From the NCBI GenBank assembly GCA_046563655.1, contig CM102290.1:6510001-6574000 (forward strand): DNA of 64,000 nucleotides, read 5' to 3'. The stretch's first letter is position 1, and the number at the start of each line of letters is the position of its first letter. Under the pieces are notes generated by a model. The model saw only the letters and a program-made list of their open reading frames with translations. It was not told the DNA's origin and searched no databases. This stretch comes from Yuukianura sp. NJ FZ-2021 (taxonomy: Eukaryota). Below, piece by piece: positions 13,591 through 27,922 of this stretch. Made by a program: the position numbers and the translations under genes.

Positions 13591-14044
13591 TAAAGATCCC
13601 TCTGAAAAACATACATATAACCATTGACAGTAATTGTGAATGCAAATCGTGCCGTTGTTCCCCTCAGCGTCTCCAGCCACGTACGTAATATGATGTGTTC
13701 CTTTAGCAAGTAGATGACCTGGCGTATGACTCTGCTGAACGTAGTGCAGTTGGACATTGTCTGTGAATTTTGGGTCAGACCACCAAACTTCCTTGGAAGT
13801 TTCACTTGGGTCAAGTCGAAGGTCAAATGAGGTGGGACAACCCCTGGACTCGTGGAGCTTCTCGGTCTAAACATAGTAAAGGTAATTAAATGCTATGTCA
13901 TGAATAAAATTATCTACCATAATACAAATGAGCTTTGAAACAATTTCCCAGTGTTTTCCGCAAAAAAGCAATAAAATGTTGTTTTAGCGAAAATTTTTTT
14001 TTTGAAAATTTCAAGCCGGACCAAAAAATTTTCGGAACCAGGAA

Positions 14045-14805
14045 TAGGGAATTCAAGTCCGGACTTCGAACTCGAACGGGTTCGAACATAGTTCGAACTA
14101 AGTTCGGTTCGAGAAATTTTTCAGGGTGAAGTTCGAACTTTAGTTCAAAGTATTGATATAAACCGGAGGATGATAAAATGGGAAAATATGACAACGAATA
14201 AAAATATTTCCACGAAGCTCAAACTTTTGAAAGGTTTGCCACGTTAAAAACGTCTAAATAATGAAGCCTTTGATCGATGTCAGAGTCAGATTTTGAAAAA
14301 AAAAATAGAATTTGTTTCTCCGATTTAGTTCAAAATCGGTTTCTGGACTAATTCAAGTATACTGAACACGAATTTTGAAGAATGCTAGAATTTTGGAATA
14401 TTTTAGTCTTACTAAATCTTAGAGCAACAATTCTTTAATATTCTTGTTTAGCTTACTTGAATTAGTCTAAAAATCGAATTTGTCCTAAATCGGAGATAAA
14501 AGAACCAAAGATTTTTTTCAAAATCTCGAAAAAAAAAATGCATATACATTTCCTTCATACCCTTCATGAAAAATGTATTTTTTTTTATCACAGGTCCATA
14601 GTGTTCTCAAGAAAAATTTAAAAAAAAATCGGTACCTGCCCAAATTGACTACATTAATACCTTAATTCTTCATCACCAAAATGGCAATTCTGCAGTATAT
14701 TTGTATCCGAGTTCGGAGTTCGAACGCGTTGGAACTTTTTTCTCTTGGTTTCGAACCCGTTCGAAGTTCGAACTTTTTCAAAACTGTCCGAACTTGCATT
14801 CCCTA
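14045..14805. mobile_element. Probable hAT-like MITE (TAGGG termini)
   Basis: Imperfect TIR TAGGGAATTCAAGTCCGGAC / TAGGGAATGCAAGTTCGGAC with many subterminal GTTCGAAC motifs; no TSD recognisable. Confidence 0.55.
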
Positions 14806-16197
14806 ATTCTAAACTGTTAAAATTGAAATGTTAAGATATGTGTGATAAGTTGTTGAAAAATCTCAATCAAATAACTTAATTGCTTCATAAAACAAATGAA
14901 ACGTGGATTAAACTATAAAGTTGTAGTTATATTATTTATAATTAAACTAAAACTAATTATGATTAACACAAAACTAAATATTGTGGAATCGAAAACCAAA
15001 ACATTGTTGATAAATATCACATAAACTTTTGAGATAAAACAAAAAAGTGTAACTTCACACAGTTAGTACTTAAAACTATTTAAATTGAGTCTTAACTGAG
15101 ATGCTTGATGCTAATTATTTCATTTGTGCCAAAGTTTAACTTTTTAATTAACGTAGAGAATATGTTTTGATATTGGTTGGAAAAACTAAGGTTATGGTTG
15201 GGATACGTTTCACACACAAACGACATTCTCGTACTGTGGTTCACGACACGTGACCTTTGACGTTGACCTTTGTCGCTTTCTTGTTCAGTCACTGTGGTTG
15301 AGTAGAGTATTGGTTACCTCAGAGATGGACAGCAGAGGACTTCGGTCCGATTTGTCCCCGTAGGGTTCTTACATTTTGCAGCTTCCACAAAACTGTAACG
15401 TCGAGACAGTTTTCTCTCTTATTGGATTTTGTCCATGGTTTGAGAGAGGGGGAAATACTATAAAAATTCTCACGAGAAGGAAGATGACACACTTCAACCG
15501 TCTTCTTTCTCTATGAACAACTTTTGAACGATTTTTCTTTTTAAAAAGAATATGTCGAATGTTTAATTTTCAAAATTTTGGAGACTTTCAAACTTTAATA
15601 CTGTCGGAAGTTCAGTAGACTTTGCAAAGTGAATAATATTTGCAGAGGGCTAAAAGTACACGTTCAAATTGAAAATAGGAGTCTCTTTAATTTAAGAATA
15701 GGTAAACCAAACACAAAAGGAAATAGGAACAAGAGAGGCAGCCAATGTCAGGATTTCAATGGAAATGGATTTTTTTTTCAACAAATAAAGTTTCTCATCA
15801 GTTCTTTCTCTAAGAATAGAAAAATCTTGTTTACTAAAAAGTAGGGAAATCTCCAAATTGGGGAAAAAAGAAACGTAAAAAAAACTACAAAAGGAAAGTT
15901 TTTTTTTTTCATTTTCTTAAGAATATTTGATTTATAGCACAGTTTTAATTTGTTTAAAAAGTAAAAATTTCGCTGAAATCTGACTCCACATTCCGCTCTC
16001 CTATCAGGTCCCACGAATTATAGTATACTACAAACTGTTTTTCTTCACCGAATAGAGAGTACGTAATATCCTTCGTTTTTCGAACAAATTCTTTAAAAGT
16101 TTTTCAATATTTACGTCAATATTTCAGCAGTTTTGAGTGTCAATATTTCAATAAATATTCTTTCTGTATTCAACTTTTGAACTTGAAGTATTAAACG

Positions 16198-16596
16198 CAG
16201 TGTTGGTGGACGCTTAAACGTCCAGTGGCTTAATTGCCACTTCCAGTGGATATCTACTGGAAGAAACGCACCCTAAATGGACGAAACTAAAAGTGGATGG
16301 AAGAAATCACAAATTTTGCGCGAAATTCAAATCAATTCAAATTTAAATTTACGAAATGATATCACAAAGTTTTACTTTTGCCATTAAAATTAATATATTA
16401 TTTAAAACGTATTTAAAAACGATATATACATAGTTTTTTGTACTGTGTTTTCATGTTTTTTAGTTTTTTGTAGTCAATTAATTCAAATTCAGAGGGCAAA
16501 GCTCCGCCCCTTTGGATTCATCTATTTCGTCCATTTCTTCCACTGGATATCCAGCCGTGGATGAAATGTCGAAAAAGTGGATATCCACCAACACTG
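16198..16596. mobile_element. hAT-like MITE
   Basis: TIR CAGTGTTGGTGGA; 8-bp TSD ATTAAACG (16190-16197, 16597-16604). Confidence 0.9.
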
Positions 16597-18938
16597 ATTA
16601 AACGCTTAAAAAGTGTCATGTGCCGAAAGGGCAGGATGATAAAAACATTACGTTGCTAAATTCAGAAGTACGCTCCTGACACTTTACATTTTCCGAAACC
16701 TAGGCAAAAATTATTATACCAAGAATTGGTCATGACGACCTCCCTTGTTCTATCTAATCTTGCAGTAGACTCACTTTATCTTTAACCGCTTAACCAATTA
16801 CAAATCTTCAAGAGTCTCCTACAAGAGTCTTCTCTCAATGAAAAAATAAATAAGATCTCCTGTTAACACGCGCATGCGTAGCAAGACCAAGGCCACAGCA
16901 TCTCCTCTGTGGATCGCGCCGTCGAATAAATATTTTAATTTTGCTTTTTTGTTATGAGCGATGCTTACATATTTTTGTACCTATCATAAAAATATGATAA
17001 GAAATGAGAAGTTTATAAGAATAATAAGAATAAAGTTTTTATAAGAATAGTTACTATAGAAATAAGAAGTTTCGAAAATCAAAAGCGGTTCTCTAAAGGA
17101 AAAAGTTAGGGTTAAAGTAAACTAAAAAGTTGAAGGCTACTGTAGGATGTCTACAAAATAATTAGATGTAAATTACGACACGTGTGGGTACTGTCCACAC
17201 GTGCTGTGCAAATTTCATTTGTTTGCAAATTTATCTTTTGTCTTCGATTGTGAGGTTATTCCTCCCAACTCACCTATGTATTGTTGCAAACTCCAGAAGG
17301 TATAAATACCGCTGGAGCCTATGTAACGGGATCTCTTTTCTTTCAAAAACTGAAACAGGGCGAAGCTCTGTTCAAAATTCCAACTTATTGAAAAATAAAA
17401 AGTTCCTACTGTCCAAGAGTAGGAAAAACCAAAAATACTCGTAAGGTCGAAGGTCAACTTATTTATTTGACCAACAACACTTACACTACGATAGGCTATA
17501 CGTAAAGCCGAATACTTGAATCGAAGTGCTTGTCTTGATGAAAATTAAAGTGCGTGGAAGATTCCAGTTACTCATTACTAATGAGTAATGATGTAACCAA
17601 TGAGTCATTAGTTACATTTTATCACAATCGTGGTGGTGATATCATATCGTAGTTAGTACAGTCATTCCCACGAGCTCACCGTAAAAATTTTTGAATCAAG
17701 CCTGGAAATCTTTTAAAGTTGACTCAGGTCGAGTCGATGCCAAAATTGGAACTGTTGACATTTTTGCAGAACTGAAATATACCAAACCACGAGGCAGTTG
17801 AAAGAATTCGGGACTTCCGACTTTCTTTTTCGGTGAGAACTCCAAAAACCCATGTCAGCGCCGATCATGTACTGACCGTGTGGTTAGATTTTATGACACA
17901 AACATATTAAACAGGAAGATTAAAACTCTACTAACTTCAATTAACTTAATCATAAAGTAATCTAAACTACTTTTTTAAATGCTAAAAAGTTGAGATCATT
18001 TATTAGTTGTTATCACGATTCAGAAACTTAAGTTACATACTGGGTTTCAAATGGGTGGTAATTACTAGCAAGTCACATTTAATGGAAGTGGCACTAGTTC
18101 AAATCTTCCAAAAATTTCAAAAATTGCAAATTAAATGTAATCCACCCGTTAAATGTTTTTGAAATATTGCAAAAAACGTGCTTGGGCTTATTTCAAATTT
18201 AAAGTGCACAGAATAGCATTGGCTCTGCCCTGCTCCTGAGAATTGGCATCGAAAAGATGAACATAATTTTTTCCACATGCAATTAGTTGCGTGTGCGAAC
18301 AAGCCGAAATTTCGGAATTTGGCGCGGTTTCATCGTCAGCATCGGTGTTCTGCTCAGTTAACAGTGATGGTGATGCTTGCGAGTACATACACAATGATGG
18401 AACGTCTTTTGAAAACGGATGAAACGTGGAAATGTGATGAAGTTTCAAGGTTAACAAAACGATGAATCCAGTATTTGTTCCGACAAAGACAAATTCGTCT
18501 GTAGAGTGAAGAGCACTCAAATGCACAGTTTTGCACATCATGGGTTCTGGACCGTCGGAATTGTTCAGTAATTTTTGCATATCCGCTGACGCAGTGATTT
18601 CTCGTTTATCTCCATTCCAGCAATAAATTACACTTCCTGAAAGCAAACAAAAAATATAACATTAATCAATCAATCAATCAATTCAATTTATTTGATTTTG
18701 GCCTTTTGCCCTATCAAATTACAAATCCTGCAGCTCGTTTAAGTTAAATCAGTAAGATAATAAGTAAAGTACGTAAAATAATAAGAAAGCAGCTTAGCGT
18801 AGTAAACATGTCCAATAGTCATAAAGTATGAAAGTAGAATTATAATGGAAATGAGTGTAAATTGAATGAAAATTGGGGTAAAGTTTCATCTACGGGTGAG
18901 AAGTGTCCCAGGGTTCATGGTTCCATTGTTTTCCCAGA

Positions 18939-21900
18939 TCATCGCTCCAGGGTTGGCTCGAACATTGATAGAACAGTGTGGTTCATATTTTGCAGGTTTT
19001 TGACAAAGTTGATCTCGGTGGCGTGTGCACTGGCCCATCTAATTGGGCATTGGTATAGTGGAATGTGCAAATGGGTTCTATGTGCAATAGTTTGAGGACA
19101 GGTCCATATAGCATGGTAGAATGATAGTTGATCCCCACAGAAACTGCAGAACTTTTCCTTGAACTGGCCGAGATCAAGCCATTTTCGGTTGTGGTAAATC
19201 TGGTTCATGTTCAATCGGATATGGATAACTGTTCTGGTAAGGTAGGCTGGGAACCGTTTGGATAATAATTCCTTCGCCGGGAATTCTTCCGCAATGGTGG
19301 AGTAGTGTGGTATGGAACTGGACTGCAGTGCACTTCTTTTGTCTGTTTCACGGTAGAAATTCGCAAGGTTCTTGAATATTGTTTTGGTTTTTGCTCTGAT
19401 GTTATTTAAGTTTCCGCCGTCGTAGGCGCCCTCTTCCCCAATTTGAGTAAGGGCAGCTCTAAGCTGTAGACACCAACTGTATTTTTGGTCAGGATGGAGA
19501 AGCGAGACTTTCCTTAGTTGTAAATATGCGTTTTTTGTGAGGTCAGAGCAGGATTGCGAGTAGAATTTTGTGTACAGGCGCCAGGTCCTTTTGACTATTT
19601 CGAATTCTAAAGGAAGAGACTCTGTTTCCAGCCGTATGAAGTACCTGGGAGTGAGAAGTGGAAACGGTAAGTGGAAGACTCGTTTGTAGTAGTTTTGTTG
19701 AACCGTTTCTATTGAATTAGAGTGCAGTAAACCCCAGGTTTCGCAGTTGTATAGGATTGTGGATTTTACAAGTGAGTTTAGTAGCATCTTGACGGTCCAT
19801 AGATCAATGTAAGTAGGTTTCTTCAGTAGGTTAAAAACTGCTCTTAGTGCTGAGGTTCCTTTCTCCACTGCGCTCTTTGCAGCTTTCTGGAAGGTACCGT
19901 TAGATTGGAAGAACACACCAAGGTACTTGTATTCCGCCACAGTTTCTATCCTTGTTCCGTTCCAAAAGAACAGGTCGTCTTTTCGTATTCTCCCCGATCG
20001 ACGGAATGATATTACCTTGGTTTTTGTAAGGTTGACCTTGAGACCTCTGGATTTGAAAAAGTTGGAGGCGATTTTGATTTTCTCCTGCAGCAGCTCCTTT
20101 GATTGGGCTATGATTACAAGGTCGTCAGCGTATAAGAGAACATGGATAATACGTGATCCAAGAGTGTAGCCTTTGAGTAGTGAGTTGGTAAACCTGTTTA
20201 CTAGGTCTTCAATAAACAAATTGAAGAGCGTGGGACTGGCAGATTCACCTTGGAGCACCCCTTTCATTATTTTAATCGGGTCCGTGAGTCCTTCGCTGGT
20301 ATTAATTTGGGTAGTGGCATTGTCATAGAGGGACTTGAATACGTTTAGAAATTTATTTGAGACTCCCATGTTTCCCAGGACCTCCCAGAGTAGAAGGTGG
20401 TTAGGAGTGTCAAAAGCCTGTGACAGGTCAACGAAAGCGACATACAGCTCCTTTTTCTTCAACATCTGGCATTGAATGATAGCCATTAATGTAAATATGT
20501 GGTCAGTGCACGATCTCGATTTTCTGAAGCCAGCTTGAAAGTCTGAAATTTTGTTGTTGACGTTTATCCAGTTGTTGAGTCTTGTGTTCAGCACTTTAGT
20601 AAACCACTTTAGTATCGTATTCATCAGTGATATTGGACGGTAATTTTGCGGCTGGTCTTTTGGTCCTTTTTTGTGTAATGGAAGTATACGAGTATTACAC
20701 CAATGTGCTGGCAGTATCCCGTTCTGTAGGATGTTTTGGAAGAGAGTAACCAGGAATATTAGAATGTTTGGGGTTGCTGCTTTCCATAACTCATTTGGGA
20801 TTCTGTCAGGACCTGTTGCTTTGCGTGTCTTCAACGACTTCGTTGCCATCCTTATCTCAATTGCTGTTACGTCACGATCTAGTATTTCGTTTTCTACAAA
20901 TGGTGTACGTAGAAGTTGATGGTTCGGAACGTCACGGGCTTTAAAGAGGTCCTGGAAGTGTTGGAACCACGTATCCTTCGGGATTTTGTCTTGCGAGGTT
21001 GGTTGAGCTGTGAAGTATTTTACCGCCTTCCAGAAGTTTGTCGGGTCTTTGGATGAGTGGAGATGCGAGACAAAATTCGACAGAAACAGAGATTTCTTGT
21101 GAACTAATTATTGTTTGTATAGTTTCTGGGCTTCTATGTAGCGTTGTGCACATGCCGCTCTGTTCTCATCGTTGCACCTTCTTAGTTTGCGGAGGGCATT
21201 GTTTTTCCTCCATTTCAAGGAGTTCAGCTCCGCGTCAAACCACTTCGGTTTTGGGGTTGCTGGTTTTGGCTTCGATTTCTTGTGATTACCTGTTACCATC
21301 GCAGTTTCTAGGACTTTGTGTTGTAGTTGAAGACTAGCTTCATTTGCGTCATTGATGTCATAATTCAGAGATGTCTCAAGCAGTTTATAGAAGTCGTTTT
21401 TTGCCATTTTTTCTGTGGGGATTGTTATTCTCTCTTGGGTCCGGCCGTTGTGCTTCTGTCTTTGGTCCACCGTTTTTTGGAGTGAGAGTAGTAGAGGGAA
21501 GTGATCTGAATGATGCCAGTCTAGTATTTTCAAGTCATTAACTTTGCTTCGCCAGTTTTGAGATGTGAGCACAAGATCTACCACACTGCACCCTGCGTTT
21601 GCCGGGTTTACCATGGTTATTTCTCCTAGTTCATCTCCCGTTATTGCTCCATTACAAATTGTAAGGTTACACTCGGCAGCAACTGATAGCAGGTTTCTCC
21701 CGTTTCCGTTTATCAACTTGTCCTTGCTTTTTCTTTTGTACAATGGAGTGGTGTTTCTTTCCCCGGTTCTAGAATTTAAGTCTCCCATTAGCAGTACCGG
21801 TTTGTTCGTGAATTTCAGAGTTTCAAGTGTATCGGTCACTAGTTTTTGGTTGGATTTGTCCGGGGGAATGTAGGCGAATAGCAGGATAAATTGTGATTGA

Positions 21901-22193
21901 TGATTGCAGACTGTTAGTAGTATGGAGTGCTCCGTCGTCTCTAGCAAAGTGATCTCAGAGTCTATTGAGTTGTGCCAGCCAAATATGAACCCCCCGTAAG
22001 GGCGACCCCTGTCTTGTTTTTTGGCTAGAATTTGGTGAACTGTATATTCTTGCTGTAGTCTGAGGTTTTTATAATTTTCCCATTGCATTGATTCTGATAG
22101 GCAGAAAAGAGAAGGTTGGAGGGTCAAGAATTCGTTCCAGAAAGTCGGTCCTAGGTTATTTACACTTTTTGCATTCAAATAGAAGATTGTCAT
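18939..22193 (-). CDS. LINE ORF2: APE endonuclease + reverse transcriptase + C-terminal Cys/His motif (frameshift near 21110)
   Basis: MGDLNSR and WHHSDHFPL (APE); GPDRIPN, YRPISL, QGESASPTLF, YADD and YKYLG (RT); CSFC...H...C. Confidence 0.9.
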
Positions 22194-22237
22194 GTTGGTT
22201 AAAAATGTTTCGCTGCAGGATCCTGTACTTGTTTTGT

Positions 22238-23038
22238 TTAATAGGCTATTGATAGGGCGGCCGAGTCCTCATTTGCATTTGGGGCAGGAAATGAGTTACG
22301 AGTGGCCGAAGCAAAGGTTCTGGGAATAGTCGGATTTGATGTTCCTGGTGCTAGAGTTCGGGATTCAGAAACCCGTTGTCTTAATTCGCGATTTTTTTGT
22401 CTTTCAAGTCTGGTTTCCGCAGTAAGGTCTTCAGTAATGGAGTAAATGTCTTTGTTTTGTATGAACGTCTTCCGAAGCTGTAGAGCTCGCATGCGTTGGG
22501 CAAATGTAGAGATAAGCCCCGCCCAATTAAAATTGGGCGGGGCTTATCAGATGACGGGTTCAATTTTCCAATTCTGAATGCGTCTTCTACGTTGACCGGA
22601 ACATTGTAGTATTTAAAAAAGTCGTTGGTGATGTTCATCGTGTTTTCATTAGTAGTTTCCGAAAGTCCGTGGATCAGAATGTTGTTTCGTCTTAATTCGT
22701 CTGTAAGGCGGGAGTTTTTTCAGTTGATCAATTTGGTTTTGTTGTTGTTCCGTTTTGGTTTGTAGCTCATCAATTTGTTCCTGGTATTTCTCAAGTTTGG
22801 ATTCGATGGAATCGCATCTCGTGTCAATTTTTGTTTCAATTCTTGTTTCGAAGTTTGCAAACATTTTTGTCATTGCCTCCAATAAATCTTCGTTCGAGTG
22901 ATTAGATCGTTTTGAACTTGGCTCGATTCCAGCGTTTGGTTCCGAATCAGCAGGTCGTTTACTACCCTTGTTTTGTGGGAGGAAAGGTAGGGTGGTTTGC
23001 GACATGTTCTGTGATACGGGAGAACGTGAGATTGGCAT
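22238..23038 (-). CDS. LINE ORF1 (coiled coil + RRM-like), frameshifted
   Basis: Three overlapping ORF pieces: a coiled coil, then AFRIGK...PRPILI, then SITEDLT. Confidence 0.75.
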
Positions 23039-23051
23039 CAGCTTATTATTT

Positions 23052-23575
23052 TAGGTTACTCTACTGAGTTACCTCTTAGGTTACCCTACTGAGTTACCTT
23101 TGACCGTAGGTTACCCTACTGGGTTACCTTAGGTTACTCTACTGAGTTACCTTTGACCGTAGGTTACCCTACTGGGTTACCTTAGGTTACTCTACTGAGT
23201 TACCTTAGGCCGTAGGTTACCTTACTGGGTTACCTTAGGTTACTCTACTGAGTTACCTTGGGCCGTAGGTTACCCTACTGGGTTACCTTAGGTTACTCTA
23301 CTGAGTTACCTTAGGCCGTAGGTTACCCTACTGGGTTACCTTAGGTTACTCTACTGAGTTACCTTAGGCCGTAGGTTACCCTACTGGGTTACCTTAGGTT
23401 ACTCTACTGAGTTACCTTGGGCCGTAGGTTACCCTACTGGGTTACCTTAGGTTACACTACTGAGTTACCTTGGGCCGTAGGTTACCCTACTGGGTTACCT
23501 TAGGTTACTCTACTGAGTTACCTTAGAGCGCAGGTTACCCTACTGGGTTACCTAAATTTAGGTTACTCTCTTGGT
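23052..23575. repeat. ~53-bp tandem array (~9-10 copies) in the LINE 5' UTR
   Basis: Unit TTAGGTTACTCTACTGAGTTACC-TTAGGCCG-TAGGTTACCCTACTGGGTTACC, itself a dimer of ~22-23-bp subunits. Confidence 0.9.
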
Positions 23576-26500
23576 TACTATTTCGTAGTTTTTCTGCAGT
23601 AAAAAGGTAAACGGCGTAATCGGTCGAAGGGAAACTGGCGTAGGGATAACGTAGTTGAGTGAACTTGAATGACTTGGAGCTGAAGATCGGATGCTGCAAT
23701 TACTGGATGTGTTTAATTCTTATGTTTGTGCTTGTGTAATGAGACTTGCTGCTGATCGACGGTAGTGATTTGATGTGCACTGGAACTGGCAAAGTGTCGT
23801 CTCGTGTCACTGGGCAATTAAAAGTATTGAAACAAATGATGGGTGTCGTAAGCCTTAGGTAGCTTGTAATGCCCTTGGTTTGAAGTGTGTCCTAAGTCTC
23901 GTTCAGTGCTTGATTATGAAGTTATCGATGCCTTTGCCGTTTAGTAGTTGATTGTTATTGGTTACTGATAGTCTGTTAGCCACTGGTGATTCGTTTGTCA
24001 CGGGTCACAGGAGTATTGCGTTCCCTTGATTAATGTTAGTACTTGTCCACGAGAACGAATGGTCAGCTGATCGAAAAGTACTAAAAAATCCCACAATTAC
24101 CTCCCTGGTACTGCCAATAGTAGTATCAGCGTGTTCGGGAAGAGTTCCACTGTCGAACTCCAGTTGATTCCAGTGACACAAGGTTAGTTAATTGGTGATT
24201 AAATATGATTCAAAAAGTGCTATAAAGTATTCTCCTAAACTTATTAATCTCGATACTGATCATACCAAGGAAAGCTTCAGGAGATTCTTTTGAAATTTTG
24301 TTATGTTATTTCCTTGGTTGCATTAGTATTCCCTCCTTCCCTTTCCTAGGACTGAAAGTACGTGAATCCACTCAAGTAGTATATATAACATTAATAAAAC
24401 CGGCTGAAGTCATTCTCACAAAGTGCTGACCTGGGAAAAGATATGAAAACAGAAATTCTTTCTTCGGATATGTGTTGAGAAGTAAAACTTGAGCGTCACA
24501 ATCGCTGTTGCTTTCATCTCCTAGGTCATGTGATTATTGTTTCCTGTCCGACAACTTGGGCTCCAAGCAGAGAGAATATGCGCATGACACCATTGTTTTC
24601 ACAAGTCCAAACCTCGGCTCATTTGATCCGTCCCAGCTTCTCGGGACGAGAGAATACAGCGTCGATGCTTGTCCAAGTTCTGTCAAAAGGTCGCCAGTTT
24701 CTCCATTCACCACGAAAAGTCTAGAAAATTTGAGTCAGAATTATAATTTAGTAATCAAGTGTTGTACTTGACGAATACTAAGCAACACATGCATGCTGGG
24801 ACTTCGCCTTTCTAGAACAGTTTCTCTACGGGATCCGAAATTTTTTGGGTCCAGTGGAAAACTTTCAAAAAAATAAATATTTCCTTTTTTAGAGATTCAC
24901 ACGTTTCATAATGTGCAGATGAGTTTTCATAGTGGGGTTTAGGACGAAAAGTGGAAACTAGTAGCGGACTTACACCTTCTAATTAGTATATGATAGATAA
25001 TACGATAGATTTTAGTTTTGGTTTTACCTTCCACTTGAAAAAGCAACTGCAACCAACGCTCCAACCGCTTGAATCGAAATACATGAACCAAGACTTTGTC
25101 CAATGATCGACTTCAGCTCAAGTTCCCAACTGATTAGTTCTCCTTCCAACTGAGAATGAGAATGTTCGACGAAATGTTGCCCATCCAAACTTGATTCCTG
25201 ACACGCGCCATTGCAGTGACAGCTCCAGGAATGAAAGCAAACGCTTCGCAACTTGCAAAACCCTCATCCCGAACTTGGAATTGTTCCAGTGGAGCAACTA
25301 ACCCATAATTCGTCATCCAGTCCCAACGAAGTAACTACGTTTAGTAACAAGATAAATTCGGGAGAGGAAGCGATTCGTAGAATCTTAGCTGCTGTGGGTT
25401 TATCTTTTGGAAGATTTTACCAGCAGACTACCATTAGATCCAGCTTGTACATTGGGTAGCGTTCTGGCTTGACCATTGCTGGTCTCACGCCTTCCAGTAT
25501 ACATTCTTTGATATTCTCGCATCCATTGTAAGGTTGTTACAGACTCAAAATTTGAAAAATGACCATTCCAAGCGAAAACGTGTCGACCTAAAGTTAAAAA
25601 CAAGAAAAAAGTTCATAAAAAAACTGAAAAGTAAATATTTTTTGGAACTCACCAGTTCAGTGTACTCTTCTTCCGCGTTAAACCGAATGACTTCTGGTGC
25701 GATGAATCCTTCGGTTAATCCGAATCCTTTGTTTCCAGTCGGCAGAGCACTTCTACTGATTCCTATGATAGCAAAAAAGCAAGTTTTCAAAAAATCAACT
25801 AATTTTTGAAAAGCCGAAGACTGGAATACCGTAATCAGCAAGCTTCAGTTCAGTTTTGCATTCACTTCTCGAAAACGGAGCCAGAAAAGCCCACTCCAGA
25901 ACATTCTCAGCTTTTCAATCTCTGTACAAAATTTTGTGTCCATGAAGATACTCTAAAGCCTTTTGCAACTTGAATTATACTCTGCTGCACTGTTGGTGGC
26001 GAAACGTAATCTCCCGACCGAGCGTAATCTGCCAGTAATGTCAAGGGCTCCCTTAGGAGCTGATGTTTGTAGAAGACCAAGAAGTGGAACAATGTTGGGA
26101 TGACTGACCCAATAGAGCACTCGGATTTCACCCCGTGAAGCCAAATAGGCTCGACATGCTGACTGTGTTGGGGATCGGCACCATTTTGTTTTGGCGGCTT
26201 TGTGGGCCGACTGAGCTTCTTCATCTGCATCTCCGGGATCAATTGGATGAAAGGATTTGATGGCAACGTCCATAGTTCCCTTCAAAGCGCCGCCAAAAAC
26301 GAATCCAAAGGCACCACGTCCTAAAATTAAAAAAAAATTTAAATCACCACTTCAAAGAAAATCAGAATGATTTGGACACTTGACAATTCTGAATTTTGAA
26401 GTTTGGGCTTCCAGAATAATATTTCAATTGTTCAAGCATAGAAATTTCTAGTCATAAATCCTAGATTTCTTGTTTCAGAAAAAGTTTAATCCAGTAGATT

Positions 26501-27922
26501 GTCCGTGACTTGACTTCCAAATCTTAGGCTTCGGTTTCAAAGGCAAGCCCAGTTACGCAAACGCAGAATGCCAGGTCCAACTTCTGCATCAGCCACGGTT
26601 GTACTCACCGGACTGTGCCCTACTCCGGAATCACTGGACATGCTTTTGGACTTGCTGGAATTACTGGTGGATGGACCTTTTTCATTTGTGTGGAGGCTAA
26701 AACATGCCGGGCATGATTGTGGCGACGAGATACTTCCCTTCACTGGTATGGACAAACCGGGTACCAATTGAGGGGTACCAGTCTTCTAGTAAATTTTCAA
26801 CTGCTTCAACGCCCAGCGTCAATAACTTTGTCACACTTTCTATAGATGGATTCAAAACTAAAGCTGGTTCTTCTGTCACCGTCTCCAAAGCCAAGGAAAG
26901 ACACTTTTTACAATTTGAAAAAAATAAATAAAAGCCCGCACAAAGTCAACTTCTTTTTTTTTTATCAAAATTCTAACTCACGGGCAAATGGATTTCAAGA
27001 AATCCGGCTTCATTCAAATCCATAGCATCCCGACTTCCCAACACGTCTCATCTTGACGTGTAGCACAAGAGCTTTAATTTGTCGACTCAGCCAGATCTCC
27101 TCCGTCGTCCCTTCGAAGCATAAACGTACAGTCCAGTTTGCCAACAGAGCCACTCTTCAGGTTGGTCCAGTAATGTTAACAAGTTACGACGTAACTTCAG
27201 TCGGAGGGGGTAAGATGAAGTAGTCGTAGAATTTCAATCACTCGATCATCGGATACTGGAAAACACATCACAATACCTCCTCAGGGTCATGTTCAACTAA
27301 TTCATCAAAGGTTTTTTAGGTTTAGGTTAGGTTTAAAAAACCTAACAAAAAAAACCTAAAACCTTACAAATTCGACTCATCAATCGTAGCCAAAATCCTG
27401 ATGGAAAGTAAGACAGCATCTGGAAGGGAGTAATAGCACCCAATTCTTTTCGTTCTGGACGCCAAACGGGGGATACACTTTTGCTTCTTCGGAGCATGGC
27501 TCGGTTTGGTCCAGTTTTTGAATTTGGCGCCTCTCGCGACTTTGTTGCAGCGTCCAGGCTCTGGACTGCTGGAATGAATCCTATTTTTAAACATTTTCAT
27601 CCGTGTCAACTGCCCCTACTTTTCTCTCTCCTTTCCAAAACATCCTTTGGTTCTAGTTTTTTTCTTCTGCTAGTAACTAGAATTATTTTCTAAGAAAAAA
27701 AATCGGGGCTTGTTTATTTGTGTGCAGATTTTTTTTTGGCTCATTCTCCGTAACGCTAATTCCACTTCCCTGCCATTACTCGCTAACGCTTTTTTCCATC
27801 TGGCTGCTGCTGTTGCGTTTTGTAGCTGCAAAAAGCTTGCGGTCGATTAAAGTGATTGTTTGCCAAAAAAGTTCGAAACTTTGAATAATTAAATTAACGT
27901 TCATTTCCTATAACGTTACCAC

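Larger units (their letters stand above)
18667..24382 (-). mobile_element. Full-length LINE (RTE-X-like) in an LRRK intron
   Basis: 13-bp TSD ATATAACATTAAT (18654-18666, 24383-24395); (ATTG)n 3' tail; ORF1 and ORF2 present; the host intron (donor 24430, acceptor 18637) is ~65 nt without it. The clade call is tentative. Confidence 0.9.
18188..27660 (-). pseudogene. Lrrk: Leucine-rich repeat kinase (LRRK/Lrrk) 3' half: COR, kinase and WD40-like tail; multiple frameshifts
   Basis: Motifs SYFPSGFW, CWQTG, VENLLEDWYPSIGTRFVHTSEGKYLV, GRGAFGFVF, HPNIVPLLG and GISRSALPTGNKGFGLTEGFIAPEVIRFNAEEEYTE match invertebrate LRRK. Short introns; several indels within exons. No ANK/LRR/ROC exons seen in the window. 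Confidence 0.85.

Noticed and set aside
14815..17620. Additional LTR element remnant (TGTAAC motifs at ~15394 and ~17322)
   Set aside because: No paired LTR, TSD or coding motif could be established.
23052..23575. Telomeric (TTAGG)n tract or CRISPR array
   Set aside because: TTAGG is only part of a 53-bp unit, there are no spacers, and the array lies within the LINE TSD.
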